Source of the DNA: Anaerolineae bacterium
Lineage (GTDB): Bacteria > Chloroflexota > Anaerolineae > B4-G1 > DUEL01
Assembly: GCA_016926575.1 (NCBI GenBank)
Contig: JAFGOJ010000073.1
Coordinates: 1-36,480, forward strand
Length of the DNA: 36,480 bases
Direction: 5' to 3'
Shown: piece by piece, positions 23,373 through 33,300 of the stretch
How positions within the stretch are numbered: position 1 is the stretch's first letter
Layout: every line of letters begins with the position of its first letter
Notes under the pieces: generated by a model
Database searches by the model: none
Seen by the model: the letters and a program-made list of their open reading frames with translations, nothing else
What the model was told of the DNA's origin: nothing
Made by a program: the position numbers and the translations under genes

Positions 23373-24280
23373 TGCCCATGGGGGAGTTCGATTGGGTCGT
23401 CTTCATTTTCCGCGCCTTGGTCGTCGTCTGCATCGTGCTGGCCATCGCCATCGACGTCAATTTGATCCTGGCGATTTTGCGCCTGCAGGAAAGGCGCTAC
23501 CAGAAAACGATGCGCGTCGAGTTGCGCAACCTGGGTAACACGACCACGCCCTACCAACTGCGCGTGGAAGAGACAGACGCCGCGCTCGTGTTCTTGTTCG
23601 ATCTGGAAGAGGAGAGCGAGGAACCCACGTTGGAGGCTGCGCCGGAGCCACCACAAAAGCCTGCGGAGGCCAAGAAGCCCGGCGTCGATTTGAAGCAGGC
23701 CCAACAGACTGCCGGAAAGGTGCGCGGGGTGAGCTATTTCGTCTCCAACCTGCTGGGGACGCTGGCCAGTATCCTGCCGAACTCGATGGCGGGGCCGCTG
23801 CGGAGTTGGGCCGGGAAGCTGCGCCAACAGCAAGCCGCGGTGAGCCGCGTCGAGCGCGCACCGCGCCAGGCGACCAGCCGGGCGCGCGAGGCCGGGCGCG
23901 GGTTCAGAATCGGCCGGCGGAAGGCCCCGGCCACTGCGGGCGCGCCCAGGCCCGCCCCCGCACCGAGAGCGCAGTCCGCACTGAGGGCCGGCGCCACGTG
24001 GCGGCGCACCCCTGCCGTCGAACCGGGGGAGATGTTGAACATCAACCTGTGGGTGCGCCCCGCCGGCAGGCCGCACCAGGCCGCCGTGTACCCCTTCGTG
24101 CTCCTATCGCGGGCGGTCGGCCCGAGCGATCCTTCACTACGGAGAGACGCCTGTGACGTCCACATCGAGGGGGTCTCCTGGCTCCGCCACGCCCTGCCGT
24201 TCATTTTGTTCGCCGGATTGGTGATTGTCGAAGTCGCGTTGTTGTGGTGCTTACTGACGGAAACGAGGATTTTAGGGTAA
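23372..24280 (+). CDS. Membrane protein with N- and C-terminal hydrophobic helices and a basic/Ala-rich central region
   Basis: ATG 23372 shares one base with the preceding TGA (TGATG). TM-like segments are WVVFIFRALVVVCIVLAIAIDVNLILAIL and ALPFILFAGLVIVEVALLWCLL. No family was recognised. Confidence 0.6.
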   Translation: MPMGEFDWVVFIFRALVVVCIVLAIAIDVNLILAILRLQERRYQKTMRVELRNLGNTTTPYQLRVEETDAALVFLFDLEEESEEPTLEAAPEPPQKPAEAKKPGVDLKQAQQTAGKVRGVSYFVSNLLGTLASILPNSMAGPLRSWAGKLRQQQAAVSRVERAPRQATSRAREAGRGFRIGRRKAPATAGAPRPAPAPRAQSALRAGATWRRTPAVEPGEMLNINLWVRPAGRPHQAAVYPFVLLSRAVGPSDPSLRRDACDVHIEGVSWLRHALPFILFAGLVIVEVALLWCLLTETRILG

Positions 24281-24295
24281 GGGAGAGGGCATCTC

Positions 24296-27200
24296 ATGCC
24301 GGCAAACGAACAGTTAGAGATCATCAGCCCGAGTGGAGAGATCACATTCTTCGAATTGGACCCTCGGAAAGGCGTGGCAAACGTCGGGCGGCACCCGGAT
24401 AACGACATTGTCATCGATGCGCCAGGGGTGGCCCCGTTCCACGCGCTGCTGGACTGTAACCAGAGGCCCTACCGGTTGATGCTTCTCAGCGCCGAGGGAG
24501 GCGCCACCCTGCACGGAGAAACGCTCTCACCCAACGCCTCCGTCGACCTGAACCCGTGGGACAGCCTCGAAGTGGGGGGCTACACGGTGATCTTGCTGGA
24601 CAACGCGGTGCCCGCCGGCGCGCCGCCGCCTCCACCGCCTCCCGCCGCTGCGCCGCGCGTTCCGGTTCAGTCCGCTCCAGGCGTGCCGGCGACGATCCCA
24701 CCTCCGCCGACTGAGGTACCGGTACGCCGTGGTGCTCCCTTCCCCGACCAGACCGACGACGTGGTCATTGTCGATCTGTCGGAGCGCGAGTGGACCATCG
24801 ATGTGGAGCAGAGCGCCACATGCCTGACGAGCATCACCAACGGCGGCGACATCGTCGCCTCGTTCTACGTCCACGTCGAGGGCGTGCCGCAGGGCTGGGT
24901 CGTCACCGCACCGGCAGAGGTCAACCTCAACGAGGGGGAACGGGCCACCGTGACCGTCTCCATCACCCCGCCGCGCCATCCCTCCAGCCGTGCAGGCACG
25001 TACCCCATCGCCGTGATCGTGGCCTCGTCCAACTATCCGGGCCACGTCAGCCAGCGCAGCGCCACACTGACCCTCAACCCGTACTACGAGTTCGCCGTGG
25101 GCGAACTGTCGCCCCGCGAGCAGACCGTCGGTTGGCGCGATCCAACCGGCGAGGTGACGCTCAATCTGGTCAACAAAGGTAACAGCGACGCCACTTTCCG
25201 ATTGGACGGCACAGATGACCGGCGCGTGCTCAACTTCGAGTTCGAAGTACCCGGCGAGGACTCCAGGCTGGCGCGCCAGGCCGAGATGCGCCTCCCGCCG
25301 GAGCAGACCTTCGGCATTCCCACAAACGTCACCAGCACATCGCGGCCGCTCTTCGGGCTGCACAAACAGCGCCACCCCTACACCATCTCCGTCGCCATGG
25401 TGCAGGGCGAGCAGTCGCCGCGCGCGCTGATGGGCGAATTGCACGTGCGGCCGCTCATCGGCCCCATCCTGATGGCATTCCTCGCCCTCGTGCTGGGGCT
25501 GCTGATCATCTTGATCTTCCGGCCCAAGATTCACAGCTTCACCTACCGGTACAGCGGCATCATCTACCCCGGCGAAACGATCACCCTGGCGTGGGAGGCA
25601 TCGCCCTTCACCCAACTGGTGATCCAAGAGGACTGGCTCGAATCGGGCGGCAGCTCGACCGTCATTCTCGGCCCCGACGAGCGGCAGCGTTCGGTCAACC
25701 CGCAAGAGACCACGCGCTACACGCTGATCGGCAACAATATCCTCTCGCGCATCATCCAGTTCCTCGAAGTGACGCGCCAGTTGGAAACGTTGGGAGCCGA
25801 CGGCATCGTCCACGTGGGCGTGCTCTACGCCGCCATCAACGAATTCGACGTGATGCCATCGAGCATCGTGGAAGGGGAAACCGTGACGGTGTTTTGGGAC
25901 GTAGCGGACGCCGACGCCATCGAGCTGCTGCGCAACGGCGTGCCCGTTCAGCTTGCCGAGGGGCAGGTGCAGTACACCGACGCGCCGGTAACCAGCCCGA
26001 CGATCTACACCCTGCGGGTGCGCAGCAACTTCAGCGACCGCGCTCCCGACGAGTGGGACGAAGAGATGGCACGCGACGTCATCGTGCGCCCGCCCACCGC
26101 AACCCCTCTGCCCCAACCGTCCATCGTCCAGTTCGACGTCTCACCCCGCGAAGTGTACGCCGGCAAGAGTGTCACCATCACCTGGGAGGTCGACGCCGAG
26201 AGCGTGCTGATTTTGGGCGGGCCTGAACCGGTGGCGAGCAATTCTCAGACCGGGTACGAAGTGCAGACACTGCCCCAGCCGGGGACCTTTTCCTACCGGC
26301 TGACCGCCACCTACGCAGATAACACGGGCCAACAAGACCCGACGATTTCCGAAGAGGTGATCGTCGTGCGCGTGTTGGAGCCGCCGACGCCGACGCCCGC
26401 GCCCGTGCCCCCCACCATCACCAGCTTCGAGATCGTGCCCGTCCAGGTGACCCAGGGCGGGAGCGCCCAACTGGTGTGGTCGGTCAGCGGCGAAATGGTG
26501 CGTATGGACATTTCCTACGCAACGCAGGGAAACGTGATCTTCGCCGGCACGAACAAGTCGGGGAGTTTCCCCGCGCCGCACGTCGACACGGTGGGCATCC
26601 ACACGTACATTCTGACCGTCTACGACGCGAACGACGAGGCCACCAGCCAGACGAAAGTGCTCACCGTCATCGAACCGCCGCCGCCGCCTACGGCGACGCC
26701 CCTGCCGTTGGCGGTGACGTTCGAGGCGCAGGGGCTGCGGCCGGGCGTCGACGTGGTGACGCCGATCAACGTGACCGTCAACAGCCGCACCTACAGCGTG
26801 GCTCCCGGCACGAAGGTCAAACTCACCTGGCAGATCGACAACGCCGACACCCCCGAGGTGACCATCAGCCGGAACGGCACGCAGATTCACAGCCAAGTCG
26901 GCCCCACCGGCATCTACGAGGACACAGACGCCATCTACGCGACGACACAGTACCAGCTCCACGCCGAGTACGAAGGGCTGAGCGCAGACGCGCTGGTCAG
27001 CATCGTTCCGTTGGACCTGGACGTGCCGCCGCCGCCCTACGACGTCGATGGGGCACTCACGGCCTCGAACACGCTGTCGGTCACCTGGAAGTACACGCCA
27101 CCGGAGAACGTGTACGCGATCACCGGTTTCGTGGTGTGGCGCGCGCCCGATCCCTACACGCTCTTCACGCCGGTCGCGGAAACCACCGATACCGCGTGCG

Positions 27201-27355
27201 ATCCGCAATGTGGGTGGGAAGATACCGTCACGCCGAACTGCGGCTATGCCTACTACATCACCGCCATCTACCTCGACCGGTACGGGGACCGTCAAGAGAC
27301 GGAACCCAGCGCGGAACGGTTCTACAGCGGCCCGTGCCCTACACCGACGCCGTGA
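24296..27355 (+). CDS. Bitopic FHA-domain membrane protein: N-terminal FHA, Pro-rich linker and beta-sandwich domains, a single TM, then extracytoplasmic Ig-like/FN3-like repeats
   Basis: RBS GGGAGAGGG precedes ATG 24296. The FHA region is GEITFFELDPRKGVANVGRHPDNDIVIDAPGVAPFHALLD...LEVGGYTVILLD. The TM is LIGPILMAFLALVLGLLIILIF (about nt 25453-25518). The C-terminal 600 aa contain repeated beta-rich modules separated by PPTPTP / PPPPPTATP linkers. Confidence 0.8.
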   Translation: MPANEQLEIISPSGEITFFELDPRKGVANVGRHPDNDIVIDAPGVAPFHALLDCNQRPYRLMLLSAEGGATLHGETLSPNASVDLNPWDSLEVGGYTVILLDNAVPAGAPPPPPPPAAAPRVPVQSAPGVPATIPPPPTEVPVRRGAPFPDQTDDVVIVDLSEREWTIDVEQSATCLTSITNGGDIVASFYVHVEGVPQGWVVTAPAEVNLNEGERATVTVSITPPRHPSSRAGTYPIAVIVASSNYPGHVSQRSATLTLNPYYEFAVGELSPREQTVGWRDPTGEVTLNLVNKGNSDATFRLDGTDDRRVLNFEFEVPGEDSRLARQAEMRLPPEQTFGIPTNVTSTSRPLFGLHKQRHPYTISVAMVQGEQSPRALMGELHVRPLIGPILMAFLALVLGLLIILIFRPKIHSFTYRYSGIIYPGETITLAWEASPFTQLVIQEDWLESGGSSTVILGPDERQRSVNPQETTRYTLIGNNILSRIIQFLEVTRQLETLGADGIVHVGVLYAAINEFDVMPSSIVEGETVTVFWDVADADAIELLRNGVPVQLAEGQVQYTDAPVTSPTIYTLRVRSNFSDRAPDEWDEEMARDVIVRPPTATPLPQPSIVQFDVSPREVYAGKSVTITWEVDAESVLILGGPEPVASNSQTGYEVQTLPQPGTFSYRLTATYADNTGQQDPTISEEVIVVRVLEPPTPTPAPVPPTITSFEIVPVQVTQGGSAQLVWSVSGEMVRMDISYATQGNVIFAGTNKSGSFPAPHVDTVGIHTYILTVYDANDEATSQTKVLTVIEPPPPPTATPLPLAVTFEAQGLRPGVDVVTPINVTVNSRTYSVAPGTKVKLTWQIDNADTPEVTISRNGTQIHSQVGPTGIYEDTDAIYATTQYQLHAEYEGLSADALVSIVPLDLDVPPPPYDVDGALTASNTLSVTWKYTPPENVYAITGFVVWRAPDPYTLFTPVAETTDTACDPQCGWEDTVTPNCGYAYYITAIYLDRYGDRQETEPSAERFYSGPCPTPTP

Positions 27356-27388
27356 CGGGCTGAAATATTCGGCCACGAAGGCACTCAT

Positions 27389-30300
27389 ATGAAACGAAAG
27401 AATCGTCCCAAGGGCTTCGTCAATCGAGCACCAGCCAGTTTCATCTCGACTCTGGTCCTGGTATGCGCTTTGGCTGCCCTGACCACGCCGGTCGGGGCAG
27501 GTTCGACTCTGAACCAGGCACTCGATCCCCTCTCGCCGCGTTCCCCGGCCGCTGACCTGCTCGTGCTCAGCCAATCCGCTCAGACCAGCAGCGGCACGCC
27601 CGGCATCGTCTACAACGGTGGGACGGTGACGTATACCCTGACGCTCGAAAATCAAGGCTCGACAGCCATCACCAACATTCTGGTCAAAGACTTCCTGCCG
27701 CGCGAGGGCGAGACGGTCTATTACCTGCAAAACACAGCCTGCGTCACGCCCGACTATGCGTGTACGCCGATCGACAAGACCTACGAAATTCCCCTCCCGT
27801 CGGGCAACACCGTTGAAGTGGCAGCCACACGCGAGATTAGTTGGAGCATCCCCAGCCTGGGCCCCGGCGCATCCGTCGCGCTCCGCTTCGTCGGGCAGGT
27901 GCTCGGGCAGCCCGACGGGACGGTCTTCACCAACAACGCCGAAGCCACCTACAGCGGGAACGTTGTCCGAAGCGCCCCGCTGAGCCTTACCGTGGTCGTA
28001 CTGGTCGACGTCAGCGGCGAGGCGGGCATTTCCACAGTGCCGACGTGGTTCTCCCAGGACGTCGGCGGCACGATCAGCCAGGACTGGGGCGACTTCGACC
28101 GCGATGGACTGCTGGACCTGGCGCTGGGTTCCTCGATCGGCGTCTCGGTCTACCGTAACGACGGCGAGAACCTGAGCGAGACACCCGTCTCCACCGCCGC
28201 CGATGACCCCTACCGCCCGGCCTACGGCGTGCGCTGGGCCGACGTGATCTCCGACATCGCGGGATGCCTGGAACTGGTCGTCGTAGGCGATAGCGTGAAC
28301 CACAGCTCCATCGGCGCGGGCATCAACTACGTCTACCACTACGACGGCAGCACCTTCGTCGAAGTCAGCAGCTTCCCCAGCGCCTACCAACTGGTGCGCC
28401 TGGAGCCAGGCGATGTCGACGCCGACGGGGACGTCGACCTGATCGGCAGCACCAACGCCATCAATGCCCCCTGCAATGTCACCCTCTACCTCAACGACGG
28501 GAGCGGCAGCTTCGGCACCGAAGCTTGTCTCAGCGAGTACGCCACCGCCGCGCTCGCCGCCGGCGACTACGACCGCGACGGAGACCTCGACCTGGCGGTG
28601 GGCGCATTCCCAGGAACGATCCAGCTCATCCAAAATGCCGGCCCCGTCTCCCCCGACGTCAATCCCTTCGACACAGACGCACCCATCCTGCTGGAAAGTT
28701 TCCTGGAATACATCCCCTACGACCTGGCCTGGGGCGATTTCGACCAGGACACCGATCTGGACCTGGCCGCAGCATACCCGATCCAGCGCGCCGCGCAGGT
28801 GTACCGGAATCAGAGCGCCGTCCTGACGCCGTTCCAATCGCTGACTACCGGCCCGTTTCTGACCCCTCTCGCCATCGATTGGGGCGATTTCAACGGTGAC
28901 GGTCAGTTGGAACTGACCGTGACGGATTCCCCCCCCGCTTTCTACGCCTACGACGCCACACAAGACCGCTTCGAGCGCTGGGAGCTCGACCTGCCGGATA
29001 ACAGCGGCCAGATTTGGAGCGTGCGCGGCATTGACCTCTACAACCAGGCCAACCTCGACCTGGTCATGACCAACCGTGACGGCCCCAGCCAGATTTACCC
29101 GGCCTTCTCCCCCAACCTGGAGCCCCACCTGACCGAAATCACCCCCGTGGGCTGGGGGAGCAACAGCGTGGCCTGGGGCGACGTGGACAGCGACGGCGGG
29201 TTGGACCTGCTCTTCGGCAGCAGCCCGGCGCCGAACTCGTCCAGCTACCTCTACCACAACGTGGACGGCACGTTCCCCACCGGGCAGGGCCTCGCCGACG
29301 GATTCGGCCCTCACGTGGTCGCTTTCGGCAACGTCGAGCAAGATACGGTGCTCGATATGGCCATCGGCGCGCCTGCCGCGCTACTGGTCTACCTGGACGG
29401 CGCAATCACGTCTCCCATCGACGTGCCCTCCGAGCAGGCGATCCTCAGCCTGGCGTGGGCCGACCCCGACGACGACGGCCGCCTCGACCTGTTGGTGGGC
29501 TACGCGGCCGATGATGGCGGACTGGGGCGCGTCGCCTTGTTCCACTTCGATGGCGCGACGGCCACGACATCCTTCACCGCCACCACCGCCGGCGGCGTCC
29601 GCGGCCTGGCCTGGGCCGACGTCGACCGCGACTACTACCTGGACTTTGCCGCCGTCACCGACGCAGGTGCGCTGCAACTGTACCGCAACACAGGCGACGG
29701 CGCCTTCGAGCTCGACTGGCAATCGCCCTCCCTGACCGCCCCTCGCGCGGTGGCCTGGGCCGACGTCGACGCCGACGGCGACCTCGACCTGGCAACCGGG
29801 CACTACGGCACACAGGACCTGGTCTGGGAAAACGACAACGGCGCATTCGAACCCACCCCTATCGGGCCGTCGGACGGCAAGACCACCTGTCTGGCCTGGG
29901 GCGATTGGAACAACGACGGCTACCCCGAACTGGCCGTGGGCACCGACGACCGGCAGCGGGACGTCGTCTACGCCAACCTCGGCAGCGAGCCCGGCGCGCT
30001 GCGGCTCTACCCACTGTGGCAGAGCGAGAGCGCCGCCGCCACCGGAGGCCTGGCCTGGGGCGACGCGGACGGCGATGGCGATCTGGACCTAGCCGTCAGC
30101 CGCAAGGGCGGTTCACGCAGCGGCTTCTACGAGAATACGATGTGGCCCGCCGCACACTTCACCGGCCTCAACACGCTGCTCGATCCGGCCTTGCCCAACA
30201 CCCCCGCCTACGTCTCCGTCGCGCGGCCCGGCACGACCCCGGATGCCTATTTCTACGCCTCGCCCGAACTGGTGACCGGCCCTAATCACCCCACCGTCAC

Positions 30301-33300
30301 CATCGCCTACCGGCTCTTCGACCCCGAGGCCGTGCCCGCAGCCGAAACGTTCTTCGAGTATTCGCTGGACGGCGGGGGGACATGGGCGGTAGCTGCCCCC
30401 GACGCCGCCTCGCCCCTGCCCACCAACGAGACGAGCCGTTCCGGCACGCCACACACCTTCGTTTGGAACGCCCGCGCCGACGTCGCCATCAGCGACGACG
30501 CCCGCTTCCGCGTCCGAGCCATCCACCAGGACCCCGTGGGCAACTCGCAGCGCGCCACCAGCGTCGGCGTCAGCCCACCTTTCCGCATCCGCAGCCTGGA
30601 CTGCTATTGGCCTGCCGGCGCAGGGATTATTGTCAGCAACGTGCACCCCGAACTGGGCGAGGAGATCATTCTCACCGCCACGTTGGACTACGGCAGCGGA
30701 CAGATCAACGCTACGTGGGATATGGGGGACAGCACGCTCCAGTATGGCTGGACCATCACGCACACGTACACCAGCCACGCCATCTACACCACGATCCTGC
30801 GCCTGGACGGGCCGGCCTGCCCCGTAGCGCGGCCGGCGTATGCGCGGGCCGACATCACCGTCGGTTTGGGGTACCTGGCCAACAAAATCTACCTGCCGCT
30901 GGTGTCGCGCTCGTCGACTGCGGCGCGCCTGGCTCCGGCCCCTGCCGTGCCAGAGGCTGCACCTGTGCAGATCGTGTCGGGGCAAACCATTCCTACCCCT
31001 GCCCCAATGCCACCCGCACCCGCACAGGCGACATCGAGTACAGAAGACACCGCGCGCGCCGCCACGATGGAGAGCGACCTCATCCAGGTCAGCCGGAACC
31101 GGATCGGGTTCCAGAACCAGCCCACCATCAACAGCGACGGCCGCTACGTGGCCTTCTGGTCCACCGGCGACTTCGATTCGTCGGGCCAGCGCAGCAACCC
31201 CGACGGGAACATCGAGATATTCCTGGCCGAAATCGAATCCGTCAAAGAGATCAGCTACACGCAAGTCACCAGTTCCACGGGCAGTATCCTCGGCGGGTTC
31301 AGCCTCTACCCAGACATCGACGCTGCCGGCAACACGGTCGCCTTCTTCTCCGACGGCGATTTGATCGAAGGCGAAAACGCCGACCTGAACTTCGAGATCT
31401 TCGTGGCCGAAATCAACAACGGCATCCCTTACCTGACCCAGGTGACCCACACCCCGCGCGGCGTCAACATCATGCCGTCGATCAGCAGCAACGGGCGCCG
31501 CGTCGTCTTCATCTCCAACCAGGATTTGGACGGCGGGCGCAATGCCGACGGCAACCAGGAAGTCTTCGTCGCCGAGCTCGACAACGTGGGGCAAGTCAGT
31601 GCCATCGTCCAGACCACCGACACGTCCGACTGCTTCAACGACCGGCCCTCGCTCAGCCAGGACGGGCGCTTCGCGGCCTACGTCTCCAACTGCGACGGCA
31701 ACCGCGAGATCCGCCTCGTCGAGTTCGACAGCAGCGGCCAGGCCGTCGCCACGCTCCCGGTGACCGATTCCGCATCGGGGTACAGCGACAACCCGTCCAT
31801 CAACGGCGATGGCAGCCGCATCGCCTTCGTCTCTACGATGGGCGACGCCGCAGGCCCGGCCCAAGTCTACGTGACCGAGATCGATACCGGCGGGCCGGAC
31901 GTCCTGTCGGTGGCAGCAGTAACCGACGACGACAAACACAAAGCCCACCCCGCCATCAGCGCCGACGGCCTGCGCCTGGCCTACATCCGCATCGAGTCGC
32001 CCACCGTCCGCCGCCTCAGCCTCTACGACGTCCAGAATCGCAACGAAGTGCTGTTGGACACCGGCGACGATAACGTCTACCCCGCACTAGACGCGGACGG
32101 GCGGGGCATGGCCTTCATCGCCAACTGGGACGTACTCATCACCTACCCGCCGGACATCGATTTGAGACTCACCAAGGCCGCCTCCCCGGCCATCGTGGGG
32201 GCCGAGGACCCTCTCACCTACACGCTGTCGGTCACCAACCAGGGCAGCGCGGCGATAGCGGGCAGCATCATCAGCGATACCCTGCCCTACGGCGTCGCCG
32301 CGCAGTTGCCGGAGGACCTGGCCGACTACGTCGACGACGACGGCACGATCAGCGGGTTTGGCGGCGGCACGCCCAACGGCGCAAGCTGGGACCCGGATGC
32401 CGCCGTATTGACGATGGACGACCCCTCCAGCGGCGAGGTCTACTTCGACTCGCGGGTGATGCACAGAGGGAATGGCGCGCACGGCTGGAACTCCGTGGCC
32501 CTGCTGCCCGAGCGGCCCATCGGTATGCCTATGCCAGACAACAACACCTTCGAGACCGGTTACCCCACCGGGAATGTGGATATGGCAGACAACGCCCTCT
32601 TGCTGCACTTCGACGACCTGGTCAATTCGGAAGTCTTCCTGGACACGTCGGGGGGCGGGCACGATATGACTTGCCCGATGGCGAGCTGCCCCGCCGCCGG
32701 TCAGGAGGGCGTGCTGGGCAACGCCCTCACGTTCGACCCGGCATACCACCAATCGATCACCCGCGACAACACCGACCCCGCCACCAGCTCGGACCTGGTG
32801 CTGGCAAACGATTTCACCATCGCCCTGTGGGCCAATCCAGAGAGCATCGACCGCCACGCGGTGATGATCTCCAAGCACGTCTACATCCCCTCGGGAGACG
32901 GGGACGTGGTGCATTTCGGCATCAACAGCGGCCTCTACCGCTTCAAACTGCGGGACGTGGTCCACGAGGAGGGCGCAGCGCAAACCGGCTGGCAGCACCT
33001 GGTCGTCGTCGGGCGCACCATCGACGCGGGCACGCGCACGGAGGTGGCGCTGTACCGGAACGGCGACGTGTTGTGGGCACACACGTACAACACCATCGCC
33101 GACGACGTGGCCGACGGGATGTGGGGCGTGGGGAACGACTTCGATGGCGAGTACGGAGCCGACAACTTCTTCGACGGCGGCATCGACGAGGTGGCAGTCT
33201 TCAACCGGGCGCTGGATGCCCAGGAGGTGGAGGACATCTATCTGCGCGGCGCGCTGCGGGTGCGCTTCCAGGTGCGCTCGTGCGACCAGGTCACCTGTCC

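Noticed and set aside
1014-27355. Interpretation as a myovirus prophage or as a canonical type VI secretion system
   Set aside because: For a prophage, no capsid, portal, terminase, integrase, lysis or DNA-replication genes are visible. For a T6SS, there is a single-gene sheath rather than TssB/TssC, there are no TssJ/L/M, TssA or ClpV genes, and the DUF4255 cap and Afp15-like ATPase are hallmarks of the eCIS/CIS lineage.
26141-29341. 1066-aa minus-strand ORF. Similar long minus-strand ORFs lie at 945..2726, 4603..5613, 5803..7131, 7988..10165, 11513..12748, 21337..22554, 24527..26116, 30113..31948 and 32087..33415
   Set aside because: All lie antisense to plus-strand genes with clear domain content and GC-rich third codon positions in the plus frame. 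Their products are low-complexity (R/G/A/V/D-rich) and none has a convincing RBS.
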